From: Anthoceros angustus
Lineage: Eukaryota; Plantae; Anthocerotophyta
Assembly: GCA_010909165.1 (NCBI GenBank)
Contig: VJWM01000302.1
Location: 47,214 to 111,213, forward strand
Length of the DNA: 64,000 nucleotides
Reading direction: 5' to 3'
In this document: positions 36,920 to 49,181 of the stretch, piece after piece
How positions within the stretch are numbered: the first letter of the stretch is position 1
How the letters are laid out: each line of letters opens with the position of its first letter
Position numbers and translations under genes: made by a program
Notes under the pieces: generated by a model
Told to the model about the DNA's origin: nothing
Seen by the model: the letters and a program-made list of their open reading frames with translations, nothing else
The model's database searches: none

Positions 36920-38960
36920 AGGAGTTCACCTTCTAGAGCTTTGTTCAGGAATCAGCAGCGGATTAGAAGTGGTGCTACGGTGTGGGATCCAAGTTAAGAA
37001 GTATTGATCGGTTTGTAAGCTGATAAGCGTACAAGATAAACTTTCATCAAATAAAGAATGAATACAAAAATGTGTTTGAGATGTGCCTTTTATACTTGAC
37101 TTAATAACGCTTCACTTAACCCTAACTAGCATTGCTTAACTATAGGTTTGCTTTGTATCCAACACTCCCTCTAAAGCACCTATTAGGTAAGTGATGTATG
37201 AATAATGAGGTTCACATTGCTCGGATCACCCTTAGCGTTCCTTGTCAGCTGCTCTGCGCCGCGGCTGCTCCGGGCGTAAAACCCAGAACCCTCAGGCACG
37301 GGGGCATTCGCTACCACAGTCTTGCTTGCGTGCATCATCTTCCTTGGCCTCCCCACCGCGATATTGCCCAGCCACCACGCTCGCCGTCGCCTCAACGCCA
37401 TGAGGACTCGCAGCGGAAGAGACACCAGTGACGTGAGGCCATGTGTGCGTGAGCGTGGAGAAGGCCGCACAGGAACAAGGGCTAGCGTTGCGGGACCCGC
37501 GTGAATGGGTCGCCTGCAACTGGAGGAACTTGTCGAGATTAAATAGCTTCCGGTGGTATGGGACATACCGAGGACTGCGAGCTTACGTGGCGGAAGGACC
37601 CGACCGTTGCCAGTTTCCGCTTCTCGGAATCGCGGCTCCTTTGCGGCTAAGTTGAGGCGCCACGAGGATAATGGAGCTCGAGTCACTGGCTTTGGGATCC
37701 GTTGCCTGTACGACGCAAGATGTGAAACCCGCCTTGTAAAAGAGCCAGCACGGGATGATTTAATCCTAAGGTTAGCTTCATCCATCCCGTCTGTCCTTGT
37801 GAGTGTGCAATCTGCTATGTAAGTGACCTAACGTGTATCCTAGACTCCCTCTGATGAGCTTGCTGTGTGCAGTTACGTGTGCAGGCAGGTGAACTGCTAG
37901 ACACTCCATACCACACCTAGGGAACTTCAGGGTTCCCGCCCCCCCCCCCCCCCCTTTTCACCAGATAAGTCCTATGACCCATCCTTGAAGTAGGCAGAGT
38001 AATCGGCTAACCCAAGACCCTCAAGATGCTGATAGTGCTTGTGTTTTGGCAAGCCCTTTGTGAGGATGTCGCCACGTTGTCCTCTCTGGAGCTTTGTTCA
38101 GAATCAGCAATGGATTAGAAGTGGTGCTATGGTGTGGGATCCAAGTTAAGAAGTATACCCAGGTGGAGTCAAATGAAAGGACACGAGCCGTATCTGACTG
38201 TTGCAAAATAGATCCCGAATCGCCAAAGAAAATGCAATAAGAGGTTTCAGAGCGTATTGCACATCATGCTCGTGTAGGAAAACGTCAGCTTGAGGCCATC
38301 AGCTGTCCAGTTGATATGGTGTTCGCATGATGGGAATGTAAAACGTTTTCCAAGGCAGGACGTGGGCTGGGTGATGGTATAAAGTTGGCGATGGAGGTTA
38401 TCCGGATTTTAAGAGAAGTGCAACAAGCGAATCCCGCATGCTGGTATTTACTGGAGAACGTTTGTGGGGCATTTGACAAACGGGAACATGTGAGGAAGGG
38501 ATATGAACAACTCAGAAGCTGGTTGGGCAATGAGTTTATCATTGATGCATCGCAAATAGGATCGTATGCTCATCGTATTCGGAGTTTCTGGACGAATATA
38601 TTCAGTGTGGATGTACTCAGACAACATCGTAGCTTGACGGTACCAAAGAAACGATGGGTAGATGAGATATTGGAAGAAGGACGGAAGTCGCAACAAGTTC
38701 GCAAAATGGATAGGTTGCCACATTATCCCGTCAATGTGGTGGGCGAACCAAGGCGAGCATGGCCCACGCTTGTTAGCACGGCTCAGTCGTATGCTTTTTG
38801 GCGAGGAGGAGACGGTATGGTTCTGGATTCGAAGGTGATGAGATCGGGAACCTCCGATTTTAACGAGCGAGCTATGGGTTTTGATGCGGCGATCGCCACA
38901 CATGGTGTTTCGAGGCCTATCGTTGCAAGTTGATGGGAGCTTTTGATCTAAACGCTGTGG
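36920..38960 (+). pseudogene. C5 cytosine DNA methyltransferase domain (DNMT3-like), interrupted at 37005-38088
   Basis: Motif I HLLELCSGISSGLEVVLRCGIQVKKY (36927-37004, repeated 38089-38156). Motif IV DMVFA*WECKTFSKAG (Cys 38337-38339). Motif VI WYLLENV (to 38462). Motif VIII IDASQIGSYAHRIRSFWTN (to 38597). Motif IX ERAMGF (~38865). Motif X LMGAFDLNAV (~38930-38960). Confidence 0.9.
37005..38088. mobile_element. Composite insert: LTR-like end plus PPT, GC-rich unassigned segment, Copia-C 3' fragment
   Basis: tgtatccaaca-ctccctct at ~37152-37171 reads as PPT-LTR on the minus strand. 37842-38088 duplicates 40391-40621. Confidence 0.55.
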
Positions 38961-39066
38961 GTTGATCAACATAGGTCGGCAACGCAAATAGTCACATGTC
39001 GCTCAGAAGGCAAAGGGCATTTACAGGTGTCAGACAGAGAGATGGATCTACCATCTAACGCAGTCA

Positions 39067-40390
39067 ATGAAAGTTATGCGTAGAGATGAACAGGCAAGTT
39101 GTAAAGACTTCAGTGAGAAGGAATCAAAGGCCAAACACATTTGGCAGATATGTGGAGACTTGGCTGGGAAGGATCAACAGAGAATTATTGACATGTTAGA
39201 AAGGAATCGACATGCATTTGCATTCAGCTGGGAGGAGCTGGGAAGATATGATCGCATAAAATTCAGAATCGAGACCACCACGACTGAGCCAGTATTCAGA
39301 AGGAGACACAAACTCAACCCCTCAGAATGGGACATTGTGGACAAACGATGCAAAGAGTTAGAGGCAGCTGGTTTGATCAGAAAGTCGACTTCTCGGTATG
39401 CTGCAGCCACAGTGTTGCCTCTTAAAAAAGATGAGAACGGCGAATGGAAGGATAGGCGCATGTGTGGTGATTATCGAGCCCTGAATGAAGTAACTCCCAT
39501 GGAACGATACCCGATGCCTACTCCTGATGAGATCTTTGACGCCATTGGGGAAGCCACCTATTTTACCACGTTAGACTTCCGATCCGGCTTCAACCAGATT
39601 GTCATTGAGGAAGGCGACAAATGCAAAACAGCTTTTTGGGGCAAGGAACAGCTGTGGGAGTGGGAGACCATGCCGTTTGGACTCAAGAATCGTCCATCTA
39701 CTTTCGTGAGAGGTAGCGACTTAGAGTTGTGGGCTAACCTTCATGAAATGCTACATCGATGATATTCGTATTCACAGCACTGAGGAGCATCCGGAACATC
39801 TAGAGATTTTGCTGCAAAGATTATCAAGCTCGGTCAAGGCCCACCTGAAATGCAAGTTTGCGTGACAAAGAAATTGAATACTTGGGACACAAGATTGTGC
39901 CAGAGGAGGAGTTCCCCAATTGGCCAAGATACAAGTCTCAATCTCATGCCAAGGCCAAAGGACGTGCCGCCTTAAGAGCTTTTCTAGGACTTAATTATTA
40001 TCAAGATTTATCAGAACATGAGCAGCACGTGTGTGGTGTATACGAACTTTGAAGAAGGGCATTCAATGGCATTGGGGAAGGAGCATGAGCATGGAATGAT
40101 TTGAAGGAGCAATTAGCGTAAAGACCAAAGGCTCGAAGGCCCAACTTTGAGAAGCCATTCATATTGTATACGAATCGGAGTGCCGTGGGCATAGGTGTGC
40201 TTGCTCAAACAGATCAAAGCGGTGAGGAGGTCGTGGCATACGCAAGTAGATCCAACAATTCCGAGGCAAACTATTCCTCCTATGAAGGGAATGTTTGGCT
40301 GCGTATGGGCCTTGCATTTCGTGTGTATTTGTTTGGTCGTAGTTTTCACCGGTGATCGACCATCACCATTGCAGTTAATGACAAACATGA
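39067..40390 (+). pseudogene. Gypsy reverse transcriptase and RNaseH (copy A)
   Basis: RMCGDYRALNEVT, YFTTLDFRSGFNQI, MPFGLKN. YIDD at 39752-39763. RH YASRSNNSEANYSSYEG. Confidence 0.95.
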
Positions 40391-43300
40391 AGACTCCCTC
40401 GATGAGCTTGCGTGTGCGATTCGTGTGCAGGCGGGTGAACGCTAGACACTCCATACCACACCTAGGGAACTTCGGGTTCCCGCCCCCTTCCCCTTCACGG
40501 ATAAGTCCTATGACCCATCCTTGAAGTAGGCGTAATCGGCTAACCCAAGACCCTCAAGATCTTGATAGTGCTTGTTTTGGCAAGCCCTTTGTGAGGATGT
40601 CGCCACGTTGTCCTCTCTGGACGTAGTCCACTTTAACCACACCTCTCTCGACCACATCCCAGCGTGGTGATCTTTGAATTTCAATATGTTTAGTACGTGC
40701 ATGAAATCTAGGATTTGCCACTAATGCCGGTGACATATTGTCACAATGTAACTTTGTAGGTGCCATCTGTCTGGTCAAGGTCCTTGAGGAAGGGGCTCCC
40801 ACTCCTTCCTTGGAAGCATCTAAGTGATTTGTACTCTCCTCTGTGGAGGAGAGTGCTATGGATGTTTGCTTTTACAAGACCGGTTGGCAGTCAAGAGAGG
40901 AAGAAGCGAGGTTGAGAGACTCTTTCGAATCACTATCGGATGCCCGATTGTCGTGAATCCTTCCGGTAAGCATTTTACAGCCATCGCTTCAGAATAAGCG
41001 TCATATGTGTTCCTTTCAAATATCGAACACACGCTTGGCTGCTGGGCTTTTCAGTCGCTCGAGCGTGAGCTAGCATATTGGATATCTGCTGGTCCAGTTT
41101 GCAACAAATGAGAGCGCCCGCGTGCCTATAGGGAATAGCGACATGTCTTTGATCTCTCCCTCATTGCGGACCGCTCCTTTGGTAAGCTTCATTCACGCCA
41201 TATGGAGTGGACGCCTGCTTGATCCATTTTAAACTTACGCAGATTTCTCCTATGTACTTGTGTTGATGGATTATTATGACCTTCGTCGACCCTAAGTATC
41301 TGTATTGTGCGAGCTCCCGATATCCTTCATGTCATATCGGGTCCTCAAATATATCATAATGCCTTGACCCTTGACCTTCCACTTTGTTTTAGCCCATTTC
41401 GAGTTTTAGGACTTTGCGAGATAACGCTTGTCCCGGTATCCCTCAGCATCATATAAATCTCTTCATCAAGTGCTCGTAGAGGAAGGTACAGACACGTCCA
41501 TTTCTTTGTAGATCCAAGTCAAGCTCGTGACCAAAGCAAGTATGATCCTAATGGATCGTGTGTTACTACAGGGAAGGTCTCCTGGTAATCCAAGCCTTCA
41601 ACCTGTGTGAAGCCTCTTGCTACAAGTCTAGCTTTGTATCTAGCAATTTCCCCCTTTGCATTTAATTTTAGCTTGAACACCCACTTACAAGATATCGGCT
41701 TTCTCCCTTGTGGCAGATCTGTGAGGACCCAAGTCTCGTTTTTAATAAGAGATTGATATTCGTCCTCGATGGCCACCTTCCACTTGAGACTGTCAGGGCA
41801 TGAGATGGCCTCTTTGTAGGAGCGAGGCTCAAGAGCCGGTAAAATGTCGACCATAGCTCCAAAAGTCCTCCAGTCAATAGAGGCATATGGGCTCCTTCCA
41901 TCCCTCGAGGAGGTCATGCCTAGTGGAGCAGCGGTTCGAGTTGGGTTCGCCACATGCTCAAGTTGCGCAAGTTCGGGAGGAGGCTGAGCAAGTCAATATC
42001 ATCCGGCGCATGTTTGGGACAACATTGTCGAGAATTTCACTATGGCTATCATCGACTGGCGTCTTCCCCGATGCGAGATCCTCCGAGCGGCAGGAGCCAT
42101 GGGTGGCACAGCAGTGCAGAGGCTCGGCATCATCTTGGGGATACAACAGACATCGGGTCGTCCACGGTTCGAACTCCTTCCGAGCGAGCGCGTCAAGAGG
42201 GATGAGAGCAGTTGGGACTCGATAAAAAGTAACACTACGGGCAAGGGTAACAATCAGAGCGAGCATCATATAACTTATAAGCCTTGGGCATTTCTATGCA
42301 GAAAGAGGAAAGCTGGGCCCTGTTGTCCAATTTCTTCCGCTTCTCGGCGAGGATATAAGCATAGGCCTTGGAACCAAAAGCGAAGAGAGGCTCGAGGGAA
42401 AGGGTGCCAGCAATAAGCACTCTTTTTGACGGTATGGCTCAAGTCACGTTGCTTTCACAGAGCGGTGGTAGCAAACTTTCAATTCATGCTCAGTGTTCGG
42501 CTCAGCAGTCTATTCCATGCTGGTGTTGAGAAATGGGGGCACCACCCGGTGGTGGTGAATTTTCGAGATATACATGGACTAACTCCATAGGAACATTTGC
42601 TCATGTCATTCTTGGGCAACAGGGCTGGTGGCCCAGAATACAAGACTACATAAGCGGAAGATCCTTAAAAGCGGGGATGCAAGGGTTCTCGGTGGCGGAA
42701 AGCTTGGACATGTCTATGAGCTTGTGCCGATTAGCATGCCCTAAGCGCATGCCACAAAGATGCCAGTGCTGGGAATTCAAAGAGGCTCTGTAGAATAGGC
42801 TGCGGGGGGCGAACACACTCTGACAAGCAAGCCGGATCATGCTCAGTACTCCCTTGAAGAACCTGATTGTTGGATGGCCCACCTTGTAGAAGCGCAGCCC
42901 TCACCGCATCAACCCGCATCTCATATAGGCGGGATCGCATGAGTTTGCTCAACGACAACAGTTCTTGGCCATATCTCGGGACAAAAAGTACACCATGGTG
43001 CGGTCGAACCATCATCAAGGAGGAAAAGCGGTGCCATGACCCTCAACTCATGAGGCTAGTATCACTCCGCTCATCTCCAAGCAACACCTTTTCTTTCATG
43101 TTACATAATGTTAAAGTTGAAAAAAGGTGCTTGTCATTGCAGATGTGTGTGGTAGCACCAGAGTCCAGGTACCAACATCCAGCATCATGCAAAGAGCTTG
43201 CGAGGCAAACAGTAAGAATCTTTACTGTGCCTTTGGAGCTTTCCCCCTTTTCCTTGACTGCAACGTGTGCGGACTGCTTTGAGACTTTCTGTGGGTCGCC

Positions 43301-43965
43301 GGCCTTCTTCTTAGGCACTCACGAGCCCAATGGCCAGCCACCACACCATTGCAATTCCCGGTTCAGCGGGAGGCGAACGAAGATGAATCTGCTCGACCTC
43401 CACTTGCCTTCCGTGTGCTTTGGGTCCGAAATTTTACAGAAGGACTTTGTCACCTTTGGTTTTATGTCCTCCTGCGAGTTAATACATTCTTCCCGAAGCA
43501 GGCACCGATGATCTCCTCTAGTGATGGAGGGAGGAGCACACTTCGAGTCCGGATAGGGGCATTGAAGCTCTTGATAAAGGTTTGATATGAGGGTGGCGGG
43601 GAGGTTTTGCTACCTCAACTTCATCGATGGTGGATCCAAAAGCCTTCATTTGGGCTCGCTGCCTAAATTTTGATCGATCACCGACGTCAAGGGATCATCC
43701 ATAGCAGACGGACTAGCGGAGAGATTGTGCGACGTTCAAGGATTCACTGTGCGTCGCATTGACGGAAATTGAACCCAATTGTTGGGATGAATTGCTTCCT
43801 TATGTGGCGTTACGTCTGGGAATGTAATACAAGCGTTAGCAGCTTCACCTTATTTTATCATGTTTGGAAGGAATGCGGCGCCTAACATTGTCGCAGAGAT
43901 ATATTCTAACCGTGGATTGGGCAAGAAATTGAGCGAATGCTTTCAGTTGCTTGCAAAAAGTTACC
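40391..43965 (-). mobile_element. Copia family C internal region
   Basis: RNaseH LHCDNMS...NPRFHARTKHIEIQ...DILTKGLP (40554-40760). RT KWVFKLKLNAKGEIARYKARLVARGF (41519-41953). Pre-integrase (~42700). Protease WYLDSGATTHICND (43043-43318). Confidence 0.9.
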
Positions 43966-43969
43966 CAGA

Positions 43970-44415
43970 GGGTCATTCCAATGGCCATGGATAATTTGGC
44001 TATTGCCCAACACGAGATCACGGTATGCCTTTACACGGAGGTTCTTGGAAACCCAAAGCAAGAAAGTTTGAAGTAGGGACTTTATACCTCCACGGCCTGA
44101 GACCCGAGCCTCGATGTGAGCACAGAAGGTTGATTTTGAGAGTGGTAACTATAGGGGAACAAGGAGTGGTTGAACTGGAAGGACAAGATGGGCGTGCAAG
44201 GAACACATCATCACCTTGCACCATGTCACTTACCCAACTTGGACACGATACACCACCAGGCTTGGAAGCCGCCGATTGATTGATTACCGTGGTGAACTTT
44301 GTGGTCATGTAACTGGAGACAAGCTGCTTTTGTGACCGTGCACAAAGGGTATCATACGCCACGCCACCTTTGAAAAGGATTCCGTATGAGATTACACGAT
44401 GTTCAACACAAGTGT
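43970..44415 (+). pseudogene. Integrase C-terminus and PHD finger (copy A)
   Basis: Colinear with 53646-54093; KFEVG...LILRVVTIGEQGVVELEGQDG followed by a Cys/His PHD pattern. Confidence 0.8.
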
Positions 44416-44429
44416 CCAACACCCAATTG

Positions 44430-45130
44430 GCTGTGCATAACTCTCATCTAGAATAAAATGAACTTATCCCCTCGGTGAACTTCTCACGCCTCCACAACAT
44501 CTCGTACCAACCCTCCTTGCTATCCATTTCTCCTCGCGCCACCACAACGGCCTCCCTTCACTTTGACTTGCAGCCCCTTGTAAATTCCGCCGTCATGATG
44601 CACACCGTTGTGATCCCTTCACCATGTTGACCACCCGCCTTCCTATGGTTTGGCCACACCTCCATCTTGCAGCGGCTACAAATTTAGCCTCCTTGTAAGT
44701 GCTCTACCGCCTTTCCTAGTTCAACACGGTCCTATCATGCCATCCTCACCGCCATGGCCTCCTCTTGCAACCCTTGTGGCTGCTTACCTGAACATGAGCT
44801 CCTCGCTCCCATCCTTGCAAATTCTTTGCTCCTCTCTGCATCTTTGAGCTCCCAACCTAGAGCCACCTGCGGATCACCTGATTCACCATTACGGGCGCAG
44901 CCATCTTCACCCTTGCCACACCTCTACCTAGCAGTCCTCCTTCTTGCAAAATCTCAGCAATATGAGCACCGCCCATGTCTCACTTCCTTCCACATGTGGC
45001 AAATTACTTTGCCTTCCCTCAAACTTGGTAGTGGTCCCAATAATCAGGCCTTTGCCTGCAAAGCTATCAACGGCGCTTATGCGACACCTCAAGCTACTTC
45101 CTTGGCTTAATTGCCTTCACCCTTTTCCTA
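44430..45130 (+). mobile_element. Probable LINE fragment
   Basis: 44440-44750 is the reverse-complement homolog of ~61500-61810, which lies in a LINE-like remnant. Inserted between the PHD and the orphan ORF. Confidence 0.4.
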
Positions 45131-45275
45131 CCGTGGTAGGAGCTACTCTCGCGTCATCAAAACGCTAGGGCGGCCACCCTGGGTGGTGGGACATTCTCCT
45201 ACCCATACCTATGGGGTAGGAGTTCTCTCCACTTAGCCTACCGTGGTAGGAGTTTCTCCTCACGGTGGTAGGATA
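45126..45275. repeat. Cluster of short imperfect palindromes (CCTACC-N-GGTAGG)
   Basis: cctaccgtggtagg twice, cctacccatacctatggggtagg, and a half copy. Confidence 0.7.
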
Positions 45276-45476
45276 CTCCTACAGGACATCTCCCCGTTCA
45301 CATATGTCTCCTACCCTCCTCACTAGAAGGTCATTTCGATCCGTTTCTTTTCCCTAAGTATCCTCTCTGCCTTCCCGACATCCTACAGCTCCGGCTTCAA
45401 TCGGAACAAAAACATTTCTCGCATGTTTCCACCAAACCATTTCTATCAAAAGCATTCGGACCTGTTCAAAAACAAC

Positions 45477-46124
45477 TCACTTAAACCAGTTGCCCAAACT
45501 TTTGCGTTCCACACATAGAAACAAGCTCACCTTGTCGAGTGTAAGAGCAACGTCAAGTCCCGTCCTCAGGTCCGGTGTGTTGTAGCATCTTGCAATCAAC
45601 TTGTCCGCGCTCAAGACAAGCATCCGATGACAATTAGAACTCTTCATGTAAAACTTCTCTTTCATAGTGCAGATCAAAAGCTTCACTCACATTTGATCCG
45701 ACTGTGACTAAGCCCATAGGATGTAGCCCACCACTATCTTCTGTGTCTTCAACACGTCCATGTATCCATTGACCCATAACACTGGGATTGGATCAAAGTT
45801 GGCCTGAGTGGAATCAGTGCCTTCTTCATGGATGCACCATTCCTTGTCAAGAAGACCCTGTTCAGGAAGATGCGCATACATCTCCTTCAAGGCAGTCCTT
45901 TCTCGCGAAGTGAAAGGGTTCTCGAGCGTAGTGCCTGGAACAATGCCTAATTCGTTAAACAATGTCTGGGTACTATCTTCAGCTAACCCAGATGCTCCCT
46001 TCCCCAGCCTCTTCTTCCCTTCTGAAGCCCCTTGGGACGCTCCACTCTTCCCTTGTGAGTTCCCATGTGCAACTGAATCCTGCTTCTGGGCAACTGATTC
46101 CTTGGCCTGTGTTTCTCTGACCAC
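45477..46124 (-). pseudogene. Unassigned coding-like fragment, probably TE-associated
   Basis: Consecutive minus-strand open frames with protein-like composition; no motif recognised. Confidence 0.3.
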
Positions 46125-47597
46125 CGTGCCATCACCCCCTCTGCCTTCCCTGCTTCCCAGCAGCCCTTGCCTCGGCTCAGTGCATAAGCTTTCGCCGCTG
46201 AGGGAGGTTGTGGAGGATGGTCCACCACGTTGGCGTGCTTCGCACGAACTTTTCTCCCACTACTTGACATATCTGGAATCAAAAACACGCATGAATGAAA
46301 ATCGGCCATGTTAGCAAACTGTCAGTAGAGAAGACAATTGAAGGGGCACCAACCTGCTATTTCGCAATTCTCGAGAAGGTCGGTGATGATTCTTGCAGAA
46401 TCCTGCGAGAACACACGTTTCACAGCCTCTCAAGCGAGAGCCTCCGCCCTGTTACCTGCAAATCACCAAAACATTTTCTTCGTATCAAATTATGAACACC
46501 GAAACCTTCGCCGCCTTGGGCGCTGCGGAAGCCCGGTGGGCACGCCTTGGAGGAGCATTTGGCATGCTGGCACGCCGCGTGCCTGGGCGCGCCCCTTACG
46601 CTTGCGCGCCTTGGCACGCCTCGCGCCACAGTGCTCTGGCGCCTGCACGCCCTTGGCGCTCCTGGGCACGCTACAGGCACGCCTGTGGCCCTTAGGCGCT
46701 GGCACAGCCCTTAGCGCACTGTGAGCACGCCTATGGCGCGCTGTAAGCGCCTCACTGTGAGCACGCCCTTGGGCACGGCCTTGGGCGAGTCCTCACCGAG
46801 ATTTCGAGGCGCCTGTGCATCTGCCACTCCCCTACACCGGAACCTGGTCGCGCCCCTCCTTGCGCGCTCCAATTGCTTGGTACAGGCACACACACAGCCA
46901 GAGACAATCCAAAGTCGGACCTGCAAACGGTGATGAAAGACTGAAACTGCGCACCGCGCCCAAAACATGTGGAGGAAACCCTAAAAACGGGCTCTTCCCA
47001 TTTTTTAGGATGCCCTCGGCTAAGATGGAACCATGGTTAATTAACTAGGCTTGAACCCTGAGTTTTTTAACCAAGGGTTAAGTAACCTTGGGTTTACTAT
47101 ACATTTGGCCGCCGCTATGTAGAGTTTATTTTGTATGGCCGTCATCATGTCCAACCATGAAGTCCCTAATTTGAACGCTCGATTACGGGCCACTATCCTT
47201 TTCACATTCTCGCTCTCACCGTGGGATACCTTGATCCAAAGATACCGCAATGCAGCCTCAAACCTATGGCGTAATCGAGGGGAAGCAGATGGCATTCGAT
47301 CATGCGACGCGAATGTAGAGGATTCTTGCGTGGCGGTTTCAAATTGCCTCCGGAAAGTGGGCATCGAGACATCGCGCACAGGTTCGCTGTTATGGAAACT
47401 ACGCCTGATGCTTCTATTCCAAAATGGGTAATGGTCATGGATACGACTCCATTAGAGAATGACGAAAGTTCTTCTTTCCCAAGGCCTAATCTTTTTGACA
47501 GCATCCCGGAACAAGGAAGTGGCCAGGACGTGGATCTTGCAGCCAAAGAAGATGCTCGTTTCCACTGTTCCATCGGAAGATTGCGACATCACAGACG

Positions 47598-47903
47598 GTG
47601 GTTTTGGAGGACTTCAAGCAAACTTCAATCCCAAAGCTTTGTCGGAGACTTTCGCAAGAGCGACCCTCAAAAACGCCGGCAATATCCCACAGACGGTGGA
47701 AGCGTAAGCGAAAGGTTGTGTTCTATCGAGTTCGCAGTGCATGGTCGTCGCATTGTTGTAGCAAAGGATTTTTGCTGAAAGTTGGAAGGAAACATATAGA
47801 AAACCTCAGGTATCGCTTCTTGGGAATGGGTCGAGAGCAACAGGAACTGTATTTGGAAAGTCTGCTTGAGGTAGTTCAAGTCTTTGGATCAAAAGGAAAA
47901 TAA
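47598..47903 (+). pseudogene. Possible DNA transposase N-terminal fragment
   Basis: HCCSKGFLLKVGRKHIENLRYRFLGMGREQQELYLESLL resembles the Cys-rich region followed by I-x2-LR-x-RF...Q-x2-YL seen in some DDE transposases; recalled resemblance only. Confidence 0.3.
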
Positions 47904-48590
47904 GGCACCAGGTGGAGATCATGCAGGATCAGTGGGGTTAAACCCCAACTTACCATAAGTAAATTGATCCGAATAAAAACACGTTCGCTTGTCGCGGTCA
48001 CAACAGCAAACACAAGCGGAGCGCAACGAGCGCAAGCAAAGCGTGTGCAATCAAGACCGGGTAGTAGCATAGAAGTAGTAGTTTTCCATAAGTTTTGAGA
48101 TCACACGAGAAGAGCAAGCACGGTGATGCGAGGGAGATTTTGGCAGCAGTGCAGATTAGGTCTCAACTAAAGTTGAGTCGCTGCGACAGAGGACGAGTCG
48201 CGGCGATCTGCATCCTCACGATCGTACCGGTTGGAGCTTGATGTTGAGATTTGGCACATGCAGCTAGTGTTTTGGTTGAAGAAACAGCGAGTGGTTTGCG
48301 CAGTCAGGGTCGCGATTGCATAAGGAACATAAGGCGTTTCAGAGGTAATCGTTCCTTGTTCCCGTGATCCGCATGCAGAATAAACAGAGCGCCGCAATCG
48401 CTGTGAGGTGGGCGACGAACCGAGCAAACGGGCCAGGACGAAAGACGAAGCAAGCGACCGGTAAAACCAAAGGGACCTTGTTCGCGGTGATCACGACGAT
48501 GGGGTCCAGATCTGGTCTCGTAGGCTTTGCAAAAAGGAGGAAGAGGTTGAGATTACGGAACATAGCGGGCAATCAGGAAGTGTCATCATT

Positions 48591-49181
48591 GTGGAACTTC
48601 ACCCGAGCTCCTCATTGTCCATGATTCAAGACAATGAACTTGTTGAAAAATGGACTCAGCTCAAGTATTTGCCCGAAAAGCCCATGATGCCCTCCGGATA
48701 TGAAGAGCTTACTCGGTTTTCTTTGTATGTGGAATCCCACCACATGAGGTGTTCGATAGAATATTATCCCACAGATCATCGGGATTTGTTTGAGCTGCAG
48801 CGAAGAGGGCACAAGAACCTACCATGGGTGTGGACATCTTATTGCGAGGGTGCATATCGCAAGATAGAAAATCATCTGTTCATGTACCAAGTGTTTGATG
48901 ACTATCCTCTGTCAGCTCTGGTGATTTGGGGGCCTGATGAGTTTCCCAAGGACATGAAGTCCCTTCGAATGTGGTTCGCTCACTTTCATGCGACCAAAGC
49001 AGGCAGGTATGTGTTTGGTTGGCCTCGACATTTCTATGATTTGCTGCAACTTCTACGACATGGCAATTTGGGATGGACTGATAAAACTATGCAGCAGTTT
49101 ACCACACTTCAACAAGCAAGCCAGGATCATATGGGTCTCACCACGTCTCAACCTACAGTGCACATCGGACGGGAAGCTTGA
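48591..49181 (+). CDS. Orphan ORF at the 3' end of the DNMT-Gypsy (196 aa, probably extends upstream)
   Basis: Uninterrupted 196-aa frame with globular composition; second copy at 54692-55370 encodes the same peptide across frameshifts. Confidence 0.6.
   Translation: MELHPSSSLSMIQDNELVEKWTQLKYLPEKPMMPSGYEELTRFSLYVESHHMRCSIEYYPTDHRDLFELQRRGHKNLPWVWTSYCEGAYRKIENHLFMYQVFDDYPLSALVIWGPDEFPKDMKSLRMWFAHFHATKAGRYVFGWPRHFYDLLQLLRHGNLGWTDKTMQQFTTLQQASQDHMGLTTSQPTVHIGREA

Noticed and set aside
36333-36929. Minus-strand ORFs resembling TE proteins
   Set aside because: They are antisense to the K+ channel exons and the Gypsy linker.
37938-37954. Poly-C run as a G-quadruplex or special element
   Set aside because: The duplicate at ~40480 has a much shorter run, so the length is probably a homopolymer error.
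38385-38933. Host DRM/DNMT gene interrupted by TEs
   Set aside because: No introns, no UBA/PWWP domain, no DRM motif permutation, and directly continuous with Gypsy RT in two copies.
45126-45275. CRISPR-like array
   Set aside because: Eukaryotic TE context, irregular spacing, non-identical repeats, no cas genes.
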